From Candidatus Xenobia bacterium (GTDB lineage Bacteria; Vulcanimicrobiota; Xenobia; Xenobiales; QWHO01): DNA of 64,000 nucleotides. The stretch covers positions 32,001 to 96,000 of the forward strand of contig BTUM01000006.1 in assembly GCA_045863235.1 (NCBI GenBank), in the 5' to 3' direction. Made by a program: the position numbers and the translations under genes. This document shows positions 10,829 to 19,341 of this stretch, one piece after another. The notes below the pieces were generated by a model. That model had not been told where the DNA came from. It saw only the letters and a program-made list of their open reading frames with translations, and searched no databases. The stretch's first letter is position 1. Each line of letters opens with the position of its first letter.

Positions 10829-11244
10829 TGGAGGAGCACTACGTCCCTTTGATGGCGGTGACCGCTCTGGCCTGCATCGTGGTCATGCTGCTCAACACCC
10901 GGCGCAAGAAGCCCTCGGCCGACCATGAGCAGACTGTGCGCAGCGCCATCCTGCAGCTCTTCAAGCTGGCCACCAGCAAGGACTACGCCGGCGCAGCCAC
11001 CCTGTTGCTGGGTGAGCAGGGCGTTCTTCGCTACAGCCAGCAGCCCGAGGAGGTCGAACGGCGCTGCCGCGACCTGCAAGAGCTGGCTGCCGGGGGAGGC
11101 ATCAGCATCGACCGGGTGCTGCCCCAGGGAGACGAGGGCCACCCTGATTACGTCTGTGAGCTCTCCGTGGTGGGAGCCCAGCGCCTCGACCGCCAGCAGC
11201 GCTGGCGCTGGACGGGCGATCGCTATGCTCTGTTGGAGTCTTAG
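10828..11244 (+). CDS. Hypothetical protein with N-terminal TM anchor
   Basis: ATG overlaps the upstream TGA; hydrophobic N-terminal segment. Confidence 0.65.
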   Translation: MEEHYVPLMAVTALACIVVMLLNTRRKKPSADHEQTVRSAILQLFKLATSKDYAGAATLLLGEQGVLRYSQQPEEVERRCRDLQELAAGGGISIDRVLPQGDEGHPDYVCELSVVGAQRLDRQQRWRWTGDRYALLES

Positions 11245-11477
11245 CCGTTCGAGCAGTCCACGGACGCCCTAAAGCAGACGAGGACTGGCGGCCCGGGTCT
11301 GAGCGGTCGGCAGGGCCGGCCGGGGGTGATCGGCCTGGTAGCGCGCCAGCACGCCCAGAAAGCGGCGCTGGGTGTCGGGGGGCGAGAGCAGCAGCGTGTG
11401 GGATAGCTCACAGTGGATCAAGATTTCTGAACAACCGCTCGCCAGGGCGCCGTCGGGGACTACCGAAACGTCGCCCT

Positions 11478-12422
11478 GTGCGTATCCTCTCTCACATTCC
11501 CCACAATGCCGAGGTCGACTTCGAGCGACTGGACGAGCCGATCACACCCGCGAGCGCGTTTTTCAAGCGAAATCACTACGACGCTCCCGAGTCGAGCGGT
11601 GAGTGGTTTCTCGCGGTCAACGGCCGCAGAGTCTCCCTGTCTGAGCTGAGGAAGCTCCCCTTTCGAAGACTGGAGGCAACGATCGAGTGCGCGGGAAATG
11701 GTCGCACTCTTCTCAACCCCGTTCCGCCCGGCACGCCATGGAGGTTGGGTGCCGTTTCGAACGGGGTCTGGGGGGGAACCTCGTTGAGAAATGTCCTCAG
11801 CGATGTCCAGGGCTTGGAGGTGATCTTCCAGGGCGCAGACCAGGGCCACGATGGCCGGGGTGCGTATGCGCGCAGCCTGACGCTCGGACAGGCGATGCAC
11901 GAGGACGTGCTGCTCTGCTGGGAGATGAATGACCACCCCTTGCCGCGCGAGCACGGCGGTCCTCTGCGCCTGGTCGTGCCCGGACAGTACGGGATGGCCT
12001 CCGTCAAGTGGCTGTGCCGGATCGATCTGGCCAGCTCGCCCTATGAAGGCTACTATCAGCGCGAAGACTACCAGATCCACATCCCCGGACAGTCTTCGCG
12101 ACCGGTGGGGGCGGTGCGGCCCCGGGCCCTGATCGTGCGCTCGAGCGCCACTGAGGTCAGCGGGTGGGCCTGGAGCGGGACCGGGCCTGTGGTCGAGGTG
12201 GAGGTGCTGGTCGGGGAGAAGCGGTTGCGGGCTGAGCTGGCCCCTGACCGTGGACCGTATGCCTGGCGACGCTTTCGCTGCCCCCTCCAGCTCGAGCCCG
12301 GGCGCCATCTGGTACGGGCGGTGGCTCGCGACGCGGCTGGCAATGTGCAGCCACTGGACCCCTTCTGGAACGAGCACGGCTACGAGAACAATTGCGCCGA
12401 GGAGCACGTGCTGGAGGTCTGA
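11478..12422 (+). CDS. Sulfite oxidase family molybdopterin oxidoreductase
   Basis: FFKRNH, ECAGNGR (Mo-ligand Cys), EHGGPLRLVVPGQYGMASVKW and a C-terminal dimerisation domain. No export signal seen. Confidence 0.9.
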   Translation: MRILSHIPHNAEVDFERLDEPITPASAFFKRNHYDAPESSGEWFLAVNGRRVSLSELRKLPFRRLEATIECAGNGRTLLNPVPPGTPWRLGAVSNGVWGGTSLRNVLSDVQGLEVIFQGADQGHDGRGAYARSLTLGQAMHEDVLLCWEMNDHPLPREHGGPLRLVVPGQYGMASVKWLCRIDLASSPYEGYYQREDYQIHIPGQSSRPVGAVRPRALIVRSSATEVSGWAWSGTGPVVEVEVLVGEKRLRAELAPDRGPYAWRRFRCPLQLEPGRHLVRAVARDAAGNVQPLDPFWNEHGYENNCAEEHVLEV

Positions 12423-12511
12423 GCCGACAGATTCTTACCGCGGAGCTCACTCCAGACCAAGTGCTCCAGTATGGTCGCCGCTCGAGACCTTCTCAATTAC
12501 GAGCACATTAG

Positions 12512-12543
12512 AAAAAAGGCCGCCGGCCTGAGCCGGCGGCCTT
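12512..12543 (-). terminator. Rho-independent terminator
   Basis: AAAAAAGGCCGCCGGC-CTGA-GCCGGCGGCCTT: GC stem with a U-tract on the minus strand. Confidence 0.8.
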
Positions 12544-12556
12544 CCCATACAAAGCC

Positions 12557-12691
12557 TCAGGGCAGGACCATCAGGTCGCTCAGGGCCGTCTCGCCGGTCG
12601 CAAACGGGCTGCCCCCCACGGGGGTCAGCTGCCCGCTGGTCCGGTTGCTGGCGTAGGCGACCACGGTGTTGTCCCCGGAGCTGGTGCAGAC
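12557..12691 (-). pseudogene. C-terminal remnant of a lactonase-type beta-propeller gene
   Basis: Reads VCTSSGDNTVVAYASNRTSGQLTPVGGSPFATGETALSDLMVLP*. There is an in-frame stop and no start upstream, and a terminator follows. Confidence 0.6.
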
Positions 12692-12722
12692 TCTTTTCAG
12701 CCCGGCAAGGCATACTCAAGAC

Positions 12723-13232
12723 ATGGAAACCGTCTCGCTGAGCAATCCAGGTCTTTACGATCCTCGCCGCGCCGGTGCGCTGCGCCGGGCCGAGACGGTC
12801 GTCTCGCAGGTGCACACCCTGATGGACGTGTTCGCCCGCCAGGACGAGGGCTCGAACGACCATCGCCGGGACGAGCCGGGACGAGTGGCGCTTTGCGATC
12901 ACCAGGCGGTGCCGGGGGATCACCCCTGGCTCTTGCGGGCGGTGGAGGTCGACGGCAACTTGAGCTTTGAGCCCGGGAGCTACCAGCCCTACACGCCCAA
13001 CCGGTGGAAGGAGGCCGCTCCGCAGGCCGAGTTTCACGCGCTGGTGCAGGTGCTGGGAAACGGTGCCCGGGTGGACTACACCAGCCAGGATGGGGTCTCT
13101 CGCTACAAGCTGGAATGGACCGGCGAGCCGGGCCAGGGTGGCAGCCGCAGCAACGAGGTGGTGCTCGACCGCTCGACCGGGACACTGACCGTGCTCGGGG
13201 GAGAGCTCGGTTTCACCAGCTTCGTGCGCTGA
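12723..13232 (+). CDS. Hypothetical protein
   Basis: ORF with genome-typical codon usage; ATG at 12723. Confidence 0.6.
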   Translation: METVSLSNPGLYDPRRAGALRRAETVVSQVHTLMDVFARQDEGSNDHRRDEPGRVALCDHQAVPGDHPWLLRAVEVDGNLSFEPGSYQPYTPNRWKEAAPQAEFHALVQVLGNGARVDYTSQDGVSRYKLEWTGEPGQGGSRSNEVVLDRSTGTLTVLGGELGFTSFVR

Positions 13233-13287
13233 CCCGACGAGCCGCCAGGCCGCCAAGCTCCGGGCCGGAAGTCGTCTCAAGAATTCC

Positions 13288-13719
13288 CTATTTTCGGCTC
13301 TTGGCCAGGGCGATCTGCTCATTCAGCTTTGTGATGCGCGCACGACGCTGTTCCAAGACCGGCATCATCGCCTGGAGCTGCTGGATTTCACCATCCAGAG
13401 CCTGAAGCTCGGACTGCTGTTTGGGCTTGTAATCGGCGTAGCTCACCGGCTGGACCGTGCTCAGCTTGCGGGGAGAATCGACCCGGGGAAGGGTCTTCTT
13501 GGGCGGCTTCTTCCCGCTCTCTAGCGCCTGGAGCTGGCTCTCGAGGATCGTAATGGTTTCGTTCAGTGCGGGGAGATTGGCGATCTCTGCCCTGAGTTCG
13601 CCAAGCAAGGCTTCCCGTTGCTTGACGGCGGTGTTGTAGCTCGGTTTCTGGGCCTGGCCTGGCGCGCAGAGCAACACCAGGAGCAGCAGCCCGATGCTCA
13701 ATGACTTTGAACGGAGCAT
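13288..13719 (-). CDS. Secreted coiled-coil hypothetical protein
   Basis: Signal peptide (…APGQA-Q) and two heptad-rich helices. Confidence 0.7.
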   Translation of the reverse strand: MLRSKSLSIGLLLLVLLCAPGQAQKPSYNTAVKQREALLGELRAEIANLPALNETITILESQLQALESGKKPPKKTLPRVDSPRKLSTVQPVSYADYKPKQQSELQALDGEIQQLQAMMPVLEQRRARITKLNEQIALAKSRK

Positions 13720-13961
13720 GCCTTCACCCCCTTGAATTGGCTAAGACGGTATTCTAGAGCAACGCGCCAAGGTCTTTTCCGGAAATTTAACCGCTGCGCG
13801 CAGAAGTCGCCCCTTCATCTTGACGCCGCGCAGAACAAGTTCGGGCCCAACTCTGCGCCTTGCTCCTCGGCGCGCGTTGAATGAGTTGGCGGGGCGCCGT
13901 TCAACCACAACGCGCACGAAGGTCATCCTCCTCCGCCTGACTGGCGCCTCGTCAGCTCTCT

Positions 13962-13970
13962 TGCTATACT
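13962..13970 (+). promoter_or_regulatory. Extended -10 element (TGcTATACT), probably a leaderless promoter
   Basis: TATACT ends 7 nt before the ATG at 13978; no SD sequence. Confidence 0.5.
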
Positions 13971-13977
13971 GCCCGGC

Positions 13978-14625
13978 ATGCGGACCCGATTGCTCCTCTG
14001 CCTGCTGCTTGCCGCGCTGGGCCTGGCCGACACGCCCACCGACCGCATGCTGTCCATCGCTCGTCAGGAGTGGGAATACTTCGGTCGCCAGACGATCGTG
14101 GCAGGCAAGATCGTCCAGGAGGGCCACAAGGAGAGCGAGGACGTCTATTCCGACCGGGTGGCGCTCTACTGGAAGGAGGGCGTCAACCTCAACTGGACCG
14201 GCAAGGACACCCATGAGCCCTGGTCGGCGGCCTTCATCTCCTACGTCATGCGCAAAGCCGGGTTGGGGGATCGCTTCGAATACTCCGAGTGGCACGCTCA
14301 CTACATTCGTCGCGCCATTCGGGCCCGACGCGAGCGGGATCCCCGCTACGCTTTCTGGGCCTATCGCCTCTCCGAGCGGGCTCCTCAGGTGGGGGACATC
14401 GTTTGCTATGCCCGCGAGGACGGCATCGACTTCGACCGCCAGCGCGAGGTCTACAAGTCGCACGGCGACCTGGTGGTGGCCGTGCGGCCCGGGGAGATCG
14501 ACGTGATCGGCGGCAACGTGCAGGACTCGGTCAGCCTCAAGACCCTGGCCACCGACGCCGAGGGCAAGCTGATCGACCAGAATCAGCGCTGGTTCGCGGT
14601 GCTGGCCAATCGCCTAACCCGCTGA
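13978..14625 (+). CDS. DUF2272 domain secreted protein (CHAP/NlpC-like fold)
   Basis: Signal peptide; PWSAAFISYVM, PQVGDIVC, SHGDLVV and IGGNVQDSV. Confidence 0.85.
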   Translation: MRTRLLLCLLLAALGLADTPTDRMLSIARQEWEYFGRQTIVAGKIVQEGHKESEDVYSDRVALYWKEGVNLNWTGKDTHEPWSAAFISYVMRKAGLGDRFEYSEWHAHYIRRAIRARRERDPRYAFWAYRLSERAPQVGDIVCYAREDGIDFDRQREVYKSHGDLVVAVRPGEIDVIGGNVQDSVSLKTLATDAEGKLIDQNQRWFAVLANRLTR

Positions 14626-17043
14626 GGCAATCGGCAGGCGCACCACGAAGCGCGCCCCCGCGCCTGCATCGGCATACTCCAGGCGCCCCCCGTGCTGGGC
14701 CACGATCTGGTGGCTCACCGACAGGCCAAGTCCGGTCCCCTTGCCCACCGGTTTGGTGGTAAAGAAGGGCTCGAAGAGGTGAGGCACGACCTCAGCCGGC
14801 ACGCCCGGCCCGTCATCTTCCACGCTCAAGAAGACTTCGCTGGGACCGCGCCAGGTGCGCACCCGCACCCGGCGCGAGCGGGCCCCCGGGCCGGAGACGG
14901 CGTCGCGTGCGTTGATGAGCAGGTTGGTCACCACCTGCTGCAACTGGCTGGGGTTGCCCTGCACGGAGGGGAGCTCGCTGGTCTCCACGGCCAGCTCGAC
15001 CCGGTCCTGGTTGAGCTGGTAGCGGAGCAAGCCCAGGGTGTCCTCCACCACCTGGTTCAGGTTGGCGTCCTGGAACGTGGGAGCCTCGCGGCCCTGGCAA
15101 TAGATCAAGAGGTTGCTCACGATCTTCTGGGCCTGGTCGGTGGCTGCCCGGAGCTTCTCCAATCGCTTGACCACGATGTCGGGCCGATCGGCCTTCAGCT
15201 GGGCTCCCTCGGCCGCCAGCCGGATGGCCGCCAGGGGGGTGTTCAGCTCGTGAGCCACCCCTGCCGCCAGCTGACCCACGGCCGCCAGCTTGCTGGTCTG
15301 CAAGAGCTGGGATTGGGCATCCTTGAGGTCCTGGTGGTGGCGCACATTGGAGTAGGCCACCGCCGACAGAAAGCCGATCAGGAAGAGCAGGTCCTGATCC
15401 TCACGGCTGAAGGCGCCAGGCTCGGAGGCGGTCAGGATCAGCACACCCAGACAATCGCTCTCCACCAGCAGGGGCACCCCCACCAGGCTGCGCTGGCCGG
15501 CGACCAGGGGCGTGAAGCGAGACTTCGTCACATCGTCGAGCAAGAGGGGACGCCGATTGGTCCGGATGGTCTCGGCCAGGCTCACGGTGGCGGCCCGGTC
15601 GGGGGTGCCGCCCCAGAAGCGCAGGGGAGCGAGGGCTCCGTCGGGTTTTCTGGCCAGCAGGATGCCCCAGTTGTGGGCCACCACCTGAGCGGCCATCTGC
15701 TCCACTCGCAAGGCCATCTCATCCAGCTCCAGCGTGCCGGCCACCAGGCGGGTGCCCTCCAGCAGCGAGGCCAACCGCTCCACCCAGCCCTGCAGGCGCT
15801 CGTGGGCGGCCCGGTGCATCTCCAGGGCCTCCAGCTCGGCCTGGCGGCGGCGGGCCGATTGCAGGGCCACCAGCGTCTGGGCCCCCACCACCGCCAGAAG
15901 GTCGCGGGTCTCCTCGGGGAAGCCCTCGGGATCGTTGCTGCCCACGTAGAGCACGTAGCCATCCAGCGGCATGGCCAGCCCCACAGACTCGCCCTCGAAC
16001 AAGCGCGAGGGATTGGTCTGGCCGGTCCGGTAAACGGGCTGGCCGGTGCGCATGGCCTCCTCCACGCAGGGCTCGCCCAGTTGCAGCAGGCTGGCGTTCT
16101 CCAGGCGCGTCTGGTGGGGCGTGCGCGAGCTGAGGGGCCAGAGCCGGCCTTCCTGAACCAGGAAGAGCACCACGCTCTCGGCCCGGGGGGTAGTCTGGCT
16201 GACCATGTCCAGCACCAGCTCGGCGGTGCTGCTCACGGCCTCGCTGCGCGTCAGCGAGCGGGTCACACGCTCCAGCCGGCGCAGCTCTTGAGCTTTGTTG
16301 ACGGCCACCAGGTGGACGTGCTCGAGCTGGTACTGCAGCTGATCCAGGCGGTTGGCGCTCTCTTCGAGCCGGCGCTCCAGCGAGTCGCGCTCGCGCTTTT
16401 GCACCAGCTCGCCCGAGGAGAGGGGCCGCAAGAGCTCCTGGAAGGCGATGAGGGCGGGGAGAAGCCAGAGCGCTCCGGGCCGGGTCAGGGGCACCACCAG
16501 GAGCGCCAGACACGGGAGGGCCCAGGTCAGGCGGCTGCGGGCCTGCCCCCAGGCCAGATTCTCGTCGGCTGTGAGCTCGCTGGCCAGCACTCCCGGGAAG
16601 AAGACGCTCAGGCCCAGCCAGGCGATCAGCACGGCCCAGGGGGGGAAGCCCGCTCCCACCAGCGAGACGGCTGCCAGCAGCGGGAGCGCATCGGCCAGGA
16701 ACTCGCGCAGCCGTCCGGCCAGTTCGGGTCGTCCCCTCAGCAGGCTTCGGGCAACCAGTGCACCGCAGCCGGTCAGAGCAGCCATCGCCGGTCCCAGCGG
16801 GGTGAGGGCCATGGCCAGCACCAGAGCGCTTGCCGCCGAGAGAAAGCCGAAGGCCTCCAGGCGGGGGGCCCGTAGCTCCAGCAGCACCGCCACCCCGGCC
16901 AGGAGCGCTCCGGCCAGCGGACCCTCGATCAGCCCATCAAGCAGGATGATCTGCCCCGGCGGATGGCCTCGCATCAGGTTGCCGGCCAGCATCACCAGGC
17001 ACAAGACCAGGGTGAGCAGCGCGACCGGTCCGGCTCTGTACAC
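14614..17043 (-). CDS. Membrane-bound tandem-GAF sensor histidine kinase
   Basis: N-terminal TM helices and GAF-like regions. H-box AAGVAHELNTPL, N-box NLLINA, DDGPG and TTKPVGKGTGLGL. Confidence 0.92.
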   Translation of the reverse strand: MYRAGPVALLTLVLCLVMLAGNLMRGHPPGQIILLDGLIEGPLAGALLAGVAVLLELRAPRLEAFGFLSAASALVLAMALTPLGPAMAALTGCGALVARSLLRGRPELAGRLREFLADALPLLAAVSLVGAGFPPWAVLIAWLGLSVFFPGVLASELTADENLAWGQARSRLTWALPCLALLVVPLTRPGALWLLPALIAFQELLRPLSSGELVQKRERDSLERRLEESANRLDQLQYQLEHVHLVAVNKAQELRRLERVTRSLTRSEAVSSTAELVLDMVSQTTPRAESVVLFLVQEGRLWPLSSRTPHQTRLENASLLQLGEPCVEEAMRTGQPVYRTGQTNPSRLFEGESVGLAMPLDGYVLYVGSNDPEGFPEETRDLLAVVGAQTLVALQSARRRQAELEALEMHRAAHERLQGWVERLASLLEGTRLVAGTLELDEMALRVEQMAAQVVAHNWGILLARKPDGALAPLRFWGGTPDRAATVSLAETIRTNRRPLLLDDVTKSRFTPLVAGQRSLVGVPLLVESDCLGVLILTASEPGAFSREDQDLLFLIGFLSAVAYSNVRHHQDLKDAQSQLLQTSKLAAVGQLAAGVAHELNTPLAAIRLAAEGAQLKADRPDIVVKRLEKLRAATDQAQKIVSNLLIYCQGREAPTFQDANLNQVVEDTLGLLRYQLNQDRVELAVETSELPSVQGNPSQLQQVVTNLLINARDAVSGPGARSRRVRVRTWRGPSEVFLSVEDDGPGVPAEVVPHLFEPFFTTKPVGKGTGLGLSVSHQIVAQHGGRLEYADAGAGARFVVRLPIASAG

Positions 17044-17044
17044 G

Positions 17045-18322
17045 CTAGACCCGCTGCATCAGCTGGTAGATCGGCAGGAAGGCCGCCAGCATCACGGTTC
17101 CGACCACCACGCCCAGGAAGGCCAGGAGCACCGGCTCGATGAGCTGCAAGAGAGAGTCGAGGTAGTTGTCCAGGTCGAGCTCGGTCATCTCCGAGTAGCG
17201 CAAGAAGGCGGCATCGAGATTGCCCACGTTCTCGAAGCTGGTCACCAGGCCGAGCAGCACGGGCGAGAACTCGCCCACGTGGGTCATGGCCTGGGAGACC
17301 TCCACCCCGTGGGCGATCTCCTCGTGCATGGCCTTGAGGGCGGCGTCGAACTTGTGGTAGCCGGTGCCACCGGCGCGCAGCAGCTTCAGGGCCGTGTCCA
17401 GCGTCACCCCGGTGCGCAGCATCTGCCCCAGGCTGCGGCACAGGCGGATCAGGAGATCGGTGCGCATGATGTAGCCTGTGAGCGGAAACTCGTAGGTCAG
17501 CCGGGAGAAGAAAAGCTGAGCCGCCGGGGTGTGGCGGGCCACGTACCACCAGGTCGCGATGGCCAGGACCAGGCCCAGCGGAATGAGATAGAAGGCCGGG
17601 TGGGCCAGGGCCATGACCGCTTTGGTCAGGGCCGGCACCTCGGCTCCGGTCTGGCCGGCCGCGTCCAGGAATCGGGGCAGCATGGAGGTGATCAGGAAGG
17701 CCAGCATGCCGAAGGTGAGCAGCAGCACGAAGGCGGGATAGCTGAGCGCGGCCAGCAGCCTCGATTTGCGGCTCTGCAGACGGGTCAGGAATTCGCCCAG
17801 GTCGCCCAGCACCTCGTAGAGGGCTCCAGTGCTCTCGGCCACCCGGATCATGCTGACGTAAACTGGGCCGAACACCCGCGGCAGGCGGGCCATGGCCACC
17901 GACAGAGGCCGTCCTGAATCGACCTGGGTCAGCACCTCGTAGGCAGCCTGGCTCATGGCCGGGTCATCCCCCTGGGACAGGGCGGCCAGCGAACGGCTCA
18001 TGGGGACGTTGGCCCGGAGCAGGGTGGCGAACTGGACTGTGAAGAGCGCAAGCGCTTTGAGCGAGGGGACCTTCTTGGTTTTGGCTGGCGGGGTGATGAT
18101 GGGTGCGGCGCTATCCACCTTCATGCGATGAGCGCGTACCCTGGGCGGACCGGCGGAGGGCAGCCTGGCCTCCGGCAGGATCTCGGCCTGCACGCGGGTG
18201 ACCCGTACGACCCGCCAGCCCCGTCGGGTCAGCTCAGCTCGGACTGCCTCTTCCGAGGTCGCCTCGAGGAGCCCGTCGCGGCCGCGTCCCCCCTCGTCGA
18301 GGCAGCGATAGGTGAAGAGCAT
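17045..18322 (-). CDS. Type II secretion/type IV pilus inner-membrane platform protein (GspF/PilC family)
   Basis: Two T2SSF repeats (VYVSMIRVAESTG; LIEPVLLAFLGVVVG…FLPIY). Confidence 0.9.
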   Translation of the reverse strand: MLFTYRCLDEGGRGRDGLLEATSEEAVRAELTRRGWRVVRVTRVQAEILPEARLPSAGPPRVRAHRMKVDSAAPIITPPAKTKKVPSLKALALFTVQFATLLRANVPMSRSLAALSQGDDPAMSQAAYEVLTQVDSGRPLSVAMARLPRVFGPVYVSMIRVAESTGALYEVLGDLGEFLTRLQSRKSRLLAALSYPAFVLLLTFGMLAFLITSMLPRFLDAAGQTGAEVPALTKAVMALAHPAFYLIPLGLVLAIATWWYVARHTPAAQLFFSRLTYEFPLTGYIMRTDLLIRLCRSLGQMLRTGVTLDTALKLLRAGGTGYHKFDAALKAMHEEIAHGVEVSQAMTHVGEFSPVLLGLVTSFENVGNLDAAFLRYSEMTELDLDNYLDSLLQLIEPVLLAFLGVVVGTVMLAAFLPIYQLMQRV

Positions 18323-18326
18323 TCGG

Positions 18327-19238
18327 TCAGGATACCGGGGTCTTTACGTCGGCCCCCCAGGCCTTCTCGTAGAGTTGCTCGAGCTCCGGGCTGGCGGTGC
18401 GAGCCTCGGTTGAGAGTTGACGCAGGAAGGGCGCCAGTTTGACCTGCTCGACCGAGAGCTCGCCGGCCTTGATGCGCCGGAAGAATCGATTGAAGTCAGG
18501 CACGGCCACCTGATGAGGCTTGCGGCTGGCGGGCTGGGCCCGCAGGCCGGCCCGGCTCAGGGCGGCCATCAGCTCCACCACGTGGCGGTAGCCGTCGGCC
18601 AGGGCCTGGCGCTCCTTGCCGTGGAAGCCGGGAGTCTTGAGCTGCTCGCGGTCGGTCTCGAGCTGTTCGAGCCGGTCCCACATCCCCAGTCCGTCTCCCT
18701 GCACCAGCATGCCCGAACGGATGGCAACGTACAGGCTCTGGAAGGCCCGGTCGCGGAGTCGCTCGAGGGAGGCCAGCTCGGCCTGCGAGATGGCCGTGCC
18801 GGCCAGCCGGGCCAATGCCTTGAGGGAGTGGTTGACGGCCCCCACGACCTGCTCGTAGAGGGACTTCTCCTTTTCGACCTCCAGCACGCGCTCGACGGCG
18901 GTGAGGAACTGGGCGATCCCGAAGGGCTTGAAGAGGTAGTCCTCGGCTTCCACCCGGATGGCCCGCCCGGGAGCGTCGTCGGAGGCGTAGCCAGTGATGA
19001 CGATGCTGCGCAGGTCGGGCTGGATGAAGCGCATCTGCTGCAGGCACTGGATGCCGTCCATCTCATCCATGCGAACGTCCGTGACCACCAGGTCGAAGAT
19101 GTTCTCGCGCGCCAGGGCCAGCGCCTCGGACGGGCTCGAGGCACCGTAGACCAGATACTGGTCGTAGTCTTCCAGCGTGGTGACCAGGATGTCCCGCAAG
19201 GTGGGATCATCCTCCACGATCAGGATGGCCCAGGACAA
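18327..19238 (-). CDS. Response regulator with an uncharacterised C-terminal domain
   Basis: ILIVEDD, DLVVTDVRM, ITGY and KPF in the receiver; about 180 aa helical output domain not recognised. Confidence 0.88.
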   Translation of the reverse strand: MSWAILIVEDDPTLRDILVTTLEDYDQYLVYGASSPSEALALARENIFDLVVTDVRMDEMDGIQCLQQMRFIQPDLRSIVITGYASDDAPGRAIRVEAEDYLFKPFGIAQFLTAVERVLEVEKEKSLYEQVVGAVNHSLKALARLAGTAISQAELASLERLRDRAFQSLYVAIRSGMLVQGDGLGMWDRLEQLETDREQLKTPGFHGKERQALADGYRHVVELMAALSRAGLRAQPASRKPHQVAVPDFNRFFRRIKAGELSVEQVKLAPFLRQLSTEARTASPELEQLYEKAWGADVKTPVS

Positions 19239-19341
19239 AGGTCTACCCTCCGCGGATGAGTTGCTAGACCGCGTCCACGAGGGGGTTTGCGGCCGGGTCC
19301 CAGGTGGGTTCGGCGCGCGGGGTGGGGTTTTCCTGGGAGGC

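Noticed and set aside
11245..11460. Possible ~50-codon minus-strand ORF or remnant
   Set aside because: No clear start, SD or recognisable motif.
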